NCBI RefSeq assembly: GCF_002113885.1
Contig: NW_018407563.1
Span: 507,187 to 571,186, forward strand
Source: Mizuhopecten yessoensis
Lineage: Eukaryota
DNA: 64,000 nucleotides
Reading direction: 5' to 3'
This document shows positions 25,232 through 37,165 of this stretch, one piece after another. How positions within the stretch are numbered: position 1 is the first letter of the stretch; each line of letters starts with the position of its first letter. The notes below the pieces were generated by a model that was not told where the DNA came from, made no database searches, and saw only the letters and a program-made list of their open reading frames with translations. Position numbers and translations under genes: made by a program.

Positions 25232-27760
25232 TTACAATATATCTTTAACATGAGAATCTGTGTCATCTGTCACAGTGTTCGAATAGATTAGAACGTCTAG
25301 CAAATATTCAAGATTGTCAAAACTCTTGAAATACACACCGCCTAAATTTGCATTAGGCAACATCCATGTTAGCAGTGCATTGAGTCTATGTTTGAGGGCT
25401 TTTAAACAAATTTTTGGTTTCCTACAGGTTTCAACATATGATTCATATATCTTAATTGTTTTTGTCTGTCCCTTAGCTGTTTCTGACTGAACACACGGCA
25501 AAGACAAGTCCTGCTGACAGTCTGTCCCTGATAAAGTTGCGGCTCCGCTGGCTGCCCCATCAGCATCACCTAAAGGTAGATCATTGTCACAGGGTTTGCT
25601 GTCTGGCTGGGAGGCCTGAGATTCTGCTTTGTGAAGGAAACTGTACTTGGACTCCGGTTTACCAAATAGAGGCGAGTCTGCACCCCCTGTCCAATCAAAG
25701 GGCGAGCTGCTGGACAATCTGCTTGCTTCTGAAATGTCTGAATAGGCAGGTAGATGTATAGGCTGATGAGAATTGATGCTGGTAAACGAGGTCAGTTTGT
25801 TTTCATTTTCCTCCAATTCCTCACAACTAAAATCATGTATATCATGGTCACTCTCATTACTATCATCCGAGTCTTCATTCCTGTTAGAATTTAGAAACTC
25901 TTGAAAAGATCCCTGAAATTTATCTTTAACATTTGATAATTCTGGGGTCTTTCTTTCACTAGTTTGCCTCAAAAGCACACTTGGCCCAGTTTTATGATTA
26001 GTATTGCACTTTGAATTACATATGTCCCCTAAATCAGTATTTGGCCCCTGTTGATTTAAAAGTTCGGGACAACAATATCCCCCATCCCTGACATCATGAT
26101 CCTTGATCATGAGAATACCTGAATCTCCTTCTGAAAAAGCACTACTGCAATTTTTCAAACCATAATCACTGCTGTCTGATTTTTCTAAAGACTTTGGTGG
26201 ATCTGACTCCAAAAGAATTGAATTAGCCCCTAGATCTAATGTACATTTTTGTTGCTGATTATTTCTGGTCTTTCCCAAAAACGCTAAAAAGTCTTCAGAA
26301 TAACTAGGGCCCTTTGAGACAGATTCACCTTCGTCTTGTGTCTTGTCATCGGCACTGTAATCATCAAGTACCGGCATGTCATCAGAATCTTTGTCTGCAA
26401 AGAAAAACTCATCAGGTTTTTCCAGACTAGGATATTCCGACAGGTCCACAGGGTCGGTGCCACTATCAGAGTATGTCGCAACTGACTTGACGTCATCTTT
26501 CTCATCCTCCAGATGGGCAATGTCAAAAGGTTCTGGCGTCTGTAGGATGTCCACCACTTGATCTATGAGCAAATCAACTTTCTCACTGTCTGGATTCATC
26601 GCACGAATGAAATCCTGGCATTGAGGAAATATGCTGCAGAATAATGTCACAACTTTGTTTCTTAGAGACACAAGTTGAACCATGTCCCGAATGAAATGTT
26701 TGTGTTCTTTTGACAGACTGTGTTTACGTGAATGTCCACTGTGATGTTTTTGCCTCTTTCCATGAATGGAATGAGGTGATGTCCCTACACAGCACGGACA
26801 CATGCTAATTCGAACTTTCCGTGATCGTTTCTTTCGCGAGGAATGTGATGGGCTCTTGTGTGAGGACAGATGCATGGGTGCATCCTGTACCGAGGTGGGT
26901 TCTGGAGTGGTGGACAGGAAGGACATAAATTGCTGCTGCCAGTTGATGGGGGAGACGGATGACCTGGACGATGATCGTTGATTAACTTTACATGGTGATG
27001 GCACACTAGAGAGCTGCTCAGCCATGGTAACGTCCACAGAAAGAGGTTTTCTCTTGTCTAGGCACTCTTCCGGATCAAAGGCATTGGAGACATGATTTAT
27101 ATTATCTTGACTGACCGAGTCTTCCTCATCTACAACACTCTCCTCCTCATCCAGAGACACCACATCAATGATGCTTTCTTCTATATCCCTGACAGGTGTA
27201 CCATCATTCCTGGTGGGACATCCACATCCACTCGCTAAACCAAGGTTGTTGTTCTGTTCTGGATGCAAGATACACTTGTCACAGTCATTCATGTTGTTAA
27301 ATTTGGGCCCTTCGGTACCCGACCCTTGACCTTGCTTTGGACATCTTTGGAGATAGCTATTCTGTATCACAGCACTTTCTGGTGAACCACAACTATTACT
27401 ACTGTTAAATGGAGAATTTCCGTTGCCTCTGTTTCCTGATAACTCACTCCCAATCTCTGAAATAGGAAATTCTGAACACACATTGGTGTGTGATAGACTA
27501 GAAGTGACCAACTGAGATAAAGTGAAAGTTTCGTCTTCCATTCGGGTTGAGCTACTAAAAGTCTCATGTGATTGCATTCTGCTGACTTGCTGCCTTTGAA
27601 GTTTGAACTTTGTGTTAACAGTTTCGGGGTCGAGAACATGTTGTAATGATGGTAGGCATTTCTTTCTTACGCCAAATCTTTGTTTTCTGTATTTTTTCAG
27701 CACCATTTTCTTAGCACAAAGATACTGATGACCTGTCTTCGCCATTTTCTTTTGGTTCAT
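25232..27760 (-). CDS. Uncharacterised 842-aa, largely disordered, probably nuclear protein with two MORC3-C-terminal-like helical modules
   Basis: 2.5-kb uninterrupted ORF in AT-rich DNA, preceded by a splice acceptor (tctttcag|27910) and in-frame upstream stops; basic NLS-like stretches; no TE motifs. Confidence 0.88.
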   Translation of the reverse strand: MNQKKMAKTGHQYLCAKKMVLKKYRKQRFGVRKKCLPSLQHVLDPETVNTKFKLQRQQVSRMQSHETFSSSTRMEDETFTLSQLVTSSLSHTNVCSEFPISEIGSELSGNRGNGNSPFNSSNSCGSPESAVIQNSYLQRCPKQGQGSGTEGPKFNNMNDCDKCILHPEQNNNLGLASGCGCPTRNDGTPVRDIEESIIDVVSLDEEESVVDEEDSVSQDNINHVSNAFDPEECLDKRKPLSVDVTMAEQLSSVPSPCKVNQRSSSRSSVSPINWQQQFMSFLSTTPEPTSVQDAPMHLSSHKSPSHSSRKKRSRKVRISMCPCCVGTSPHSIHGKRQKHHSGHSRKHSLSKEHKHFIRDMVQLVSLRNKVVTLFCSIFPQCQDFIRAMNPDSEKVDLLIDQVVDILQTPEPFDIAHLEDEKDDVKSVATYSDSGTDPVDLSEYPSLEKPDEFFFADKDSDDMPVLDDYSADDKTQDEGESVSKGPSYSEDFLAFLGKTRNNQQQKCTLDLGANSILLESDPPKSLEKSDSSDYGLKNCSSAFSEGDSGILMIKDHDVRDGGYCCPELLNQQGPNTDLGDICNSKCNTNHKTGPSVLLRQTSERKTPELSNVKDKFQGSFQEFLNSNRNEDSDDSNESDHDIHDFSCEELEENENKLTSFTSINSHQPIHLPAYSDISEASRLSSSSPFDWTGGADSPLFGKPESKYSFLHKAESQASQPDSKPCDNDLPLGDADGAASGAATLSGTDCQQDLSLPCVQSETAKGQTKTIKIYESYVETCRKPKICLKALKHRLNALLTWMLPNANLGGVYFKSFDNLEYLLDVLIYSNTVTDDTDSHVKDIL

Positions 27761-29686
27761 GACTAGATTTATTGGTAGCTTATGTTTTTCTGTAAAATCT
27801 CACTAAATCCCATGCTCAGCTAAAGCCAGGTACATTCATTACGTGAGCAGATTATTATCTAGGTCAACATAACAATGGTCTGGTGTCATCTGCCAACTGA
27901 CGATATATATCTGAAAGAAAAAAGATGAAAAATCTTTGTAAAATTTACTTCCATTATTTGTATACAAATATACAAATCATAGTTTAGTATTAAATACCAG
28001 TAAAAAAGTAATATTGGTCTGGTCTTTATGAGACCGCCGGCTCAGGTGTCTCTCTCAAGTCTAGTGATAAGGAAACATATAAAAAGTATGTTGCTAGATT
28101 GTGCATACATAGACGGGCATACAGTAATGGAGTTAATTTGTGGAGAGATTTTTCGACAGTCTATCACAGGGGCATGCACCTTTTGTATTGGGAAAAGTTT
28201 GCTGTGTTTTCACAGAAATGGGAAAATATGTATATTTCATAACATAATACATGAAAATCAGAACATTTGTACATACAATATTTATAAAACTCAAATTGTT
28301 TTGTTCTTGTTCAAATAAATTATATTGATGATCATAACACTGATTTTTTTTTAATTTGGGAAAAAAATACAGTTTAAATTCTCTAGAGGAAGGGCCTTTG
28401 AGTCCAAAAGCTGTACATGTGACCCCTAAAATCACTGTTGTGTGATGCCTGTGTGTAAAAGTGGGGCAATTCAATAGACAAAAAATGTGTTTTAATCTTA
28501 AGGTAATAATTCAGTTTCAATTAAAAGTTAAAATACTACTGCAGACTAGTACTACTCTAGTTCTGTGATGGTACAGATAAAATTACCCTACATACAAATT
28601 ATGACTGCTCCATCATTTTTCACCAGACTATTACATTTGTGTTTGTGTATATGGAAGCTATATAATTTGTCCAAAGCAAGAGCCTCCTCGGACTCACCCG
28701 GGTATTTAATAGATTCCATGCTTGTAGACATTGCTACCTACTAGGAGATTATATAACCTGTTGGTTCCTTATATATGTGAAAGAAGAAGAAATGAAGCAA
28801 GCCTGGTATGAATCACACCAGAATTATTTTCGCATTTCTTGTGTGCACATAGTTCACATCTACACACAGGTTTGTAATAAAACCTATCTTTGTTCATAAA
28901 CTGTTTGCCTAAGATGTGTTAAAATTATCAAGTTTATGTAGCGAAGGCAATTGATATATGAATTGACTGCAATGATGGAAACTTCATCTCTCTTTCGATT
29001 AGGTCAAATGTTTAAGTATGGATGTCAGGACCCAATATGGAATTACTTGATTTGGTCGTGAAGGCCATATTTAGAACCGGATAGTTGAAATAACATCAAG
29101 CGTGACTTTGTCATGTCATGGGGCATTGGGGGTTGTTTCTTATTTTTTCAAGACAGACATGGCTAATTTCGTGAATGATTTATTTTAATACAGTAAGGAC
29201 CTGACATTTGTTATTTCAACAATCATGCACTATTTTGATAACATTATGCTATATATGAGGTGCTAATTATATGTAAACTTACAGATGGAACACTTTTGAA
29301 TTAGCTCCATTAACTGGAATAGGACCAATTTGTAGCTCTGCCGATGCAATACCTATAAAAATTGTCTCATCATCAGGAGCTTCGTTATATTGCAGCTAAT
29401 GTAGAATCCACTCCTTTTACACATCTAATTATTGAGTATTGTAAGTGAACTTGACCAGAATTGAACTATTATACAATATATAGACTAGTACTTATGCATT
29501 GTATATATGACGTTTTAGACTGGTTAACAGGGTTATCTAATAACGCATTAAGGTGCTGGCTATAAACTGAACTGTACTAAATAGGCCTTGTATGATCTTG
29601 AACTGATCGTCTGACATGACACTTTCGTATGCTGCTCGCTTACTATGGTTACACGTAACTGCAGAAAATGAAGCAGAAATGCCTAC

Positions 29687-29820
29687 GTTCACATATATTC
29701 CTCAGAAAACATCATAAAAACGACTGGCTATAGGGTTGTTAACGGGATTGGTATGCTGTTACACACCGCCTTGAAATCATTCCGACGAAACCATAACGAA
29801 ATTGAAAACATGGCGGCCAT
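29687..29820 (-). other. Probable non-coding first exon of the 842-aa gene
   Basis: YY1-type GCCGCCATGTT at about 29807-29817, donor AAC|GTAGGC at 29686, CpG-richer region; TSS approximate. Confidence 0.5.
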
Positions 29821-30101
29821 AGATGTAAACATGCCAACTGTCAAACTTGTATACGCATTTGAATGTCATAATAATACTTGATTCTAGTCGACAGTAGATT
29901 ACATGCGATAATGACGTAATAAAATAATCGTATACCTTAAAGATAAGATGTAGTTTTCTGTTTAATCCTGTTTCCGTGATGGTTTTCAACTGGAAACTCT
30001 TGCTACTTGATTATTCTGGCGCGAAACGCCCTCTGCTGGGAATATTAGAAATTATTTCCGCTACGCATGCGGAATCTCACTTCCGACATGAATTGGTCAT
30101 C
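29820..30101. promoter_or_regulatory. Bidirectional promoter between the 842-aa gene and COA7
   Basis: About 290 bp between divergent 5' ends; ATGGCGGCC (YY1-like) on both sides, CACTTCCG (ETS-like), GGCGCGAAA (E2F-like), TGACGTAA (CRE-like). Confidence 0.55.
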
Positions 30102-30189
30102 ATGGCGGCCTCTAGCAATCCGGGAATTCCTGTTGATGAAATGAAAATGACTAACCGTATCATGTGTTTCCAAAGGAAACAAGCAGATG
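30102..30189 (+). CDS. COA7: Cytochrome c oxidase assembly factor 7-like, exon 1 (MAASSNPGIPVDEMKMTNRIMCFQRKQAD-G)
   Basis: ATG in CATCATGG, G|gtaaat phase-1 donor at the same position as human ..CYHEKDPD-G. Confidence 0.8.
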
Positions 30190-30360
30190 GTAAATTATGT
30201 GAATGTTATTAGTATCTTGAAGTCGGGATTCCATTAAACATGACATAAAGTACTAAGAGTCGGTTATGTAAACAGGAGCCTGAGGCTGAAGTTCTGTCAA
30301 TAATGAATAATAACAGTATCGATATACACAAAAATGCCTAAGTTATAATATGCTTTTTTT

Positions 30361-32342
30361 TAGCCAACCATCATCTGATGGTGGGCTATTGAAATCATCC
30401 TACGTCCGTGGTCCGTCGTTCGTCCTTAAAAAAATTCGTGTTATCAGTATTTCTCACGAAGTACCAGACGGATCTTTCTCAAATTTTATATGTAGGTTCC
30501 CCTTGGCCCTTAGCTGTGCAGGGCGATTTTTGAGACTGATCGGATAACAACATGGCCGACAGGCAGCCATCTTGGATTTTGATAGTGAAAGTTTGTTATC
30601 GCTATTTCCCAAGAAGTACGAGAGGGATCTTTCTCAAATTTTATATGTAGGTTCCCCTTGGACCTTAGCTGTGCAGGGCAATTTTTGAGACTGATCGGAT
30701 AAACAACATGGCCGACAGGCAACCATCTTGGATTTTGATAGTGAAAATTTGTTATCGCTATTTCTCAAGAAGTACCAGAAGGATCTTTCTCAAATTTTAT
30801 TTGTAGGTTCCTCTTGGTCCCTAGCTGTGCAGGGCAACTTTTGAGACTGATCGGATAACAACATGGCTGACAGGCAGCCATCTTGGATTTTGATAGTGAA
30901 AGTTTCTTATCGCTATTTCTCAGGAAAGTCCCAAAGGGATCTTTCTCAAATTTTATATGTAGGTTTCCCTTGGTCCTTAGCTGTGCAGGGCAACTTTTGA
31001 GACTGATCGGATAAACAATATGGCCGACAGGAAGCCATCTTGGATTTTAATAGTGAAGGTTTGTTACCGCTATTTCTCAGGAAAGTCCCAAAGGGACATT
31101 CTTTCTTAAATTTTATATGTAGGTTCCCTGTGGTCCTTAGCTGCGCTGGGCAACTTTTGAGACTGATCGGATAAACAACATGTCCGACAGGCAGCCATCT
31201 TGGATTTTGATAGTGAAAGTTTGTTATCGCTATTTCTCGGGAAGTAAGGGAGGGATCTTTTTCAAATTTTATATGTAGGTTCCCCTTGTCTCTTGTTGTG
31301 CAGCAGTGCCTGAAATGGACAGTCTCTGGCTTGCCAATGGCAATTAAAGTCTTGCTCGGGCGACCAAAAGTGAAGTAGTCACGGGCCCAACAATAATAGT
31401 TTAGGCTGTTGAAAAATTTATGAATAAAAGAAATGATAGTCCATTCCACATTAAATAGAGGGCAGTACATTTTTCAGTTGTCATTACTTCGATTTGAATC
31501 GAACTGTCTGTGATTTAGAAAATGTGATGATTTTTTTTCAGACTTTCTATATAAATACTGCCAGGGTGTCTTCTTTGAGGTGCAAGTTTTGTGTATTTCT
31601 TTTTGGGAAGACCTGAATGGAGTGGATCCTATCAGGTTTTAACTAGGGTTGAAGAATTAAATATATGATGTTGTATTCTGTTTTACATATATATCAAACA
31701 TTGTCATGTTAAATGCTGTGGAAATATTTCTTGCCAAAATTATTTGGGCCACCAATATGGGCCGCACCAATATGTCATTTGGGCCAGTGCTTCAAATTCT
31801 ATTCTCGCCCCAAAATTTGTTTTTGGGCCAACCAATGCAGGTTCCCCACTATCCTTTATTATTCATGTTTACTTTTGAAACTGATCAGTTAAACAAAATG
31901 GCCTACCGACAGCAATCTTCGATTTTTGACATTGAAGGTTTGTTAGTATTATTTCTTGGAATAACTTCAGGGATCTTTCTCAAATCTAATATGTAGGTTG
32001 CCTTTGATCAATTGTTTTCCATGTTATATTTTGAGACTGATCATAAACACAAAATGGCTAAAGGAAGAACTAAACAGATCTTTCTCATATTGCAATGATC
32101 AATTCTATTTCTTTCACATTAAGTACTGTACTAGTAAATATGTGAAATGACAAACTCACTTTGAAGGTTGGCTTTCATACACATCAGTATTAACTTTAGA
32201 TCAAAAGTTACCTGAATATGCATTTACTCTTAACATGACTCGATCAAACAGATTAGAGGGAAGAAGAGAAAAGATCGAACTGACAAAGAACTAATGAAGA
32301 TGGTACAATGGTGGGTGCCAAGATCCCTCTGGGATCTCTTGT
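30361..32342 (-). mobile_element. HINE-type element family A with about 5 tandem 156-bp units (30430-31290), in COA7 intron 1
   Basis: Inverted homologue of 4734-5836; terminal hairpin and GGGATCTCTTGTT end; unrelated insert at about 31290-31835. Confidence 0.8.
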
Positions 32343-32493
32343 TTTTTTTGTAGTAAGGAGGCAGTACCCAAATCAGATCACTTTTTGCAAAAATACTTAT
32401 AAATAAATGTGTCAACAGATCAGTTATAACAATGATGTAGTCTTAGAATAGATAGCCATGCACCATTTTTTATATATGAACATATATTATATA

Positions 32494-35440
32494 CTTCTTC
32501 TTCTTCTTCACAATCATGTGCATCATTCATAAGAATATTGTCGCACAGTTTGCGCTTAGCTTGATGTAAAAACTATCCACGATAGCCAATGTACAATTAA
32601 AACGAGTTAAAAACAGATCTATCATCTTCTGTCTTGTTGAGAGTGGATGTCAGCGGGATCTTGCTGATGGTGCTGTCACAACTGACGATGGTAGTTGATT
32701 CATTGTCCTCACTGCAGTTGGAAAAAATGAATGTTGGTACGTCTGTGTTCTTGATGTAGGTTGGACGTAACGGTTGTCGTGTCCTCTGGTCCTTGCTGTT
32801 GCCTGTTGATGCAGGCAGAAGGTATGGTTCTGGGGGGATGTCGATAGGGCTGTGGACGATTTTAAACAGCATCACCTGCTAAGCCTGAATTCTCCGCTCC
32901 TGCAGGGTGTGCCAGCTGAGTGTCTGCAGCATGGTTGTAACACGGCTGTATTTGCTGAAATCGCCCTGCATAGCATACCTGGCTGCCTTTCGCTGGACCT
33001 GTTCTAGCTTGCTGATGTTGGAATGAGTATGTGGACTCCAGATGACAGATCCATACTCGATGATAGGGCGTTCCAAGTTGGTGTAGCAGGCCGCCTTCCC
33101 ATCAGCTGGGCATTTTTTCAGTGTCCTCTGCACGAAAGCGTTGGTGGAAGTGGCTTTCTTGCTGGCAGATGCGATGTGTTTGTTCCAAGAGAGGTTATTT
33201 TGGAGGTGGATTCCTTAATACTTGGCCGACGGGACTGTCTCTAAATCTTGACCGTGGATGGAATAGGTCGTGACCAAGGGATTCCTCTTTCTGGTTATCC
33301 GGATGGCTTCACATTTCTCTGGGTTGAAGCTCATCTGCCATCTATCCTCCCATTCCTGTAGTCTGTCCACATCTTGTTGTAGTTGTGCAGAGTCGTCATG
33401 AGTGGAAATAACTCTGTACAACAAGCAGTCATCAGCAAACAAGTGAGGAGTGGATGTTACACATAAGGGTAGATCATTGATGAAGACCAGGAATAATAGA
33501 GGTCCGAGGACAGTTCCTTAAGGGACTCCTGATGTTACTGAATATGCTGATGACTGTTGGCCCTCAAGGATAACCTTCTGAGTACAGTTGGATAGGAAGC
33601 TTTCAGTCCACTTGAGCGTGTTCCCTCGAATACCATAGTAGTGGAGCTTGCGCAGAAGTCTTTGGTGCGGGACCTTGTAGAAAGCCTTCGAGAAGTCGAG
33701 GAGGACTGCATCGACTTGATCACCTTTGTCGAGGCTCCTGGCAATGCCGTCTATGGTCAGGATCAGCTGGCTCTCGCAGGATCTCTTCTTCCTGAATCCA
33801 TGTTGGTAGTCAGATAGGATGCCGTGTTGTTCTAGGTGGTCCATTAGACTGCTGTGGATGATGTGCTCCATCAGCTTACTGCATATTGAAGTCAGTGACA
33901 CCGGTCGATAGTTGCCTGCCTTTGCCTTGTCTCCTTTCTTGAAGATGGGGGTGATATGAGCTTTCTTCCAGTCGTCAGGGACAGTTCCAGCATCTATGGA
34001 AGACTGAAACACTCTGGTGAGCATGGGAGAGATGGAATTGGCACACATCTTGAGTAGCCTTGGTGGGACTTCATCTGGACATGTTGCTTTGCTCCCTATG
34101 ACATTAAGAAGAAGCTTTGTCACTCGTGTCTGACTGATGGTGATAGTTGGGGCATCCCTGACAGTTGATAGTTCTTCCCTGGTGTATGCAGAACAAAACT
34201 GCTGGTTGAGTATCTCAGCTTTCGCTCTGGGCTCACTCACAAGAAGTCCGTCCTTCCTCAGTGGGTATACTCCAGAGGAGTCTGTTCGCTGACTCTTCAT
34301 GTACGTCCACAGCTTTTTGTATGTACCTGTATCAATGTCTAGGAGCTTGTTGACATAGCTGCTGTGAGCTACTCGGCACTCCTTTTGGGCTGCAGACTTC
34401 AGTCTCTTGTAGCGGTGCCAGTCCCTAGTTCTTGCTGAAGTCCTTTCTTTTTTGAATGCGCAATGTTTGCGACGTGATAATTTCTTAACACTGCGCAAAA
34501 TCCATGGTTGATTAAATCTCCCTGAAGTCATCTTAGATGGTACAAGCTCCATGAGTTGGTTGCAGCACAGTTTAAAAGCGGTCCAGGTCTTGTTGACGCT
34601 ATTGTTTGGAGAATAATCCTCAATGAAATCCATGGCAAGTCAATCGGCTGTTTCCTGGATGAGTGTTTCGTTAACTTTGGACCATAGGTAGAACTTATGC
34701 TTGATGGGACGACGATACGGTGCTCGAATGTTGGATTTGGTCATCACAATGTGGTGGTCCCCTAAGCCTGGTATAGGCCTACATAGGTTTATCTGTGATG
34801 GACAGTTCGTGAGGAAGATGTCGAGGATGTTAGCAACCCGAGTTGGAAAATCAACAATCTGTTCTAAGCCACAGTCATTTATGGTCGAGATGAAGAGTTA
34901 AATCCAACTGTTTTGAGTAGGTGTGGGTACAAGTGGACATAGATTCCCAGTTCACGTCAGGTAGGTTGGTGTCCCCTGTGATCCAGATTGTCAAATTGGG
35001 GTTGGAACAGACAAATTCCTCTATGGTCTTAAACATGTTGGTTGCATAATCAATGTTGTTGTCGGTAGGTCTGTACAATGCCAAGATCGCCAGTTTGTTT
35101 ACTTTGTTGTAGGTTATACTTATCGCCACGGATTCTGTCCCATGGTCATCTATAGTAATGTTACTACAAGGTATGGTCATCCTAGCAGCTATAAGTACCC
35201 CGCCATGACCAGATGGACGATCTCTTCTGGCAATAATGTGATGGCTACATGGGAGGAGTTCTGAGTATGTTACTCTTCAGCCATGTTTCAGTCCCAACGA
35301 CAATGTCTGGGTCCGAGCTGTCGATTAGGTTACCCAGGGCTTCCTTCTTGTTACATATGCTCTGGAAGTTTATTGTCAGTACTCCAGGGTTGTACTTAGG
35401 CTGGGGCGTCTCCCTGTTCCAATAGGAGAAGAACTGAATG
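32494..35440 (-). mobile_element. Degenerate CR1/L2-group LINE (APE endonuclease plus reverse transcriptase)
   Basis: DIVVGTETWL, ITGDTNLPDVNW, ILDIFLTN, GLGDHH; NYRPVSLTS, QHGFRKKRSCESQL, LDFSKAF, SGVP*GTVLGP, LFADD; stops and frameshifts; (GAA)n tail. Confidence 0.93.
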
Positions 35441-35924
35441 TGGGCCGGGATTCAATTGGCAATCTGATGATTGTATGATAACCAAGATGGTAAGGTATAA
35501 AAGATACAATTTGCTTGCACGTTTGGATGGAATAAACATGAATGGGCAGTGGCCGTGATGTTTCTGGAGTTTATATGCAGCAATAAGTTACATGGGCTGG
35601 TCAAAATTGCATATGCTGCTACCAATGTCAAAGATCTTTGGGGGATGGTGGTGTATGATGGGTTTTACCTGAAAAACTGTACATAATCCATTGAAAAAGA
35701 TCACAAGGGCGAATGGGAATTTGCAATTTCCGATACCGAAAGTAAACAAACCAAATCGGAGTGTCTCGTTGGCATGTGCCCGGAGTCTCTCGGGTGTTAC
35801 TGTGGGTGGCTTGTTACATAAAATAATGAAGAAGATACGTCTTTTTCTCCATCTTATAAATTGATATCTAGATCGGATCATGATGGAGGGGTCCGAGATG
35901 AATCATACGGCAAAGATCTTTTGA

Positions 35925-37165
35925 CAGTGGCAAACAAGTGGACATGGCAATACTTGACTTCTCCAAGGTCTTTGACACAGTTCCCCATGACAGACTACTG
36001 TACAAGCTGGATTCATATGGGATCAGAAGACCTCTGCACCAATGGCTAAAAACCTTCCTAACACGCAGGAAGATGCGGGTAGCCATAGAGGGAGAACTCT
36101 GAAGTGGCAGCGGTTGAGTCAGGAGTACCACAAGGAACAGTACTAGGACCCCTGCTCTTCCTTTGCCATATAAATGACTTGCCAGACTCTGTGAAATCAA
36201 CAGTTAGACTTTTCGCAGATGACTGCCTACTCTATCGAGAAATAAACTCAAACAAGGACCACGAAAACACTTCAAGACGACCTTAAACAGCTCGAAACTT
36301 GGGCTGCAAACTGGGGGATGAAATTTAATGCCAAAAATGTTACATTCTTTGTATTAAGAAGAAAAAGCAAAACACATACCAACTTAATGGACATAACTTA
36401 GATCACGTACAGACAAACCCATACCTAGAATTAAAACTATCGGGGGATATGAAGTGGAAAGAACATATTACAAGTACCACAAAAAAGGCCAGTTCTACCT
36501 TATAGGCTTCCTACGATGCAACCTACAACACTGCCCCAGAGAATGTAGAAAGACTGCACACATTGCTCTTGTCAGATCCATCTTAGAATATGGAGCAATA
36601 ATCTGGGACCCGTACATAAAGACGAACATTAATAAATTGGAAAGCATCTGACGGAGAGGGGCGCGTTTCATCCAGAAGGATTACAGAACAAGGGTAGAGG
36701 GATTCATGACAAAACTAACCGGGTACTCAAAGAGCTACAACTTCCACCACTAGCATCAAAATGAAAACAACAGAGACTAACATTCTATTATAAAATAGAA
36801 GCGAACAAATTCCATCAATGCCTAGGCAAGACTTTCTTAATTTCCAACATGAAAAAAGGAAAACACAAGGGCGTATATTCCAGGACTGCGAGACATCAAG
36901 ACCAATTCCAAATTCAATCGGGAACAATAACAGAGCAGTCATAATACCCAACAGCAACACGGAACAATACAGAAACTCATTCTTTCCACAGATTGGAACC
37001 ACCTGGATGACATCACAGTTGGGGCGCAAGGAATAGAGGCAATTAAAACATCAATCACTACCAACCGGGATTAAACAAAGATAAGTATCGCACGCGTACT
37101 TAACCCCCTCCGCCTTAAAGTCATTTTGGTCTCTGTGGAGTATAACATATAGATAGATACATAGA
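35925..37165 (+). mobile_element. 5'-truncated CR1/L2-group LINE (RT C-terminal half)
   Basis: [53 protein letters not shown]; frameshifted; (AGAT)n tail. Confidence 0.92.

Noticed and set aside
33518-34633. 371-aa reverse-transcriptase ORF as a functional or domesticated gene
   Set aside because: Fragment of a LINE with a stop in the QG motif and multiple frameshifts
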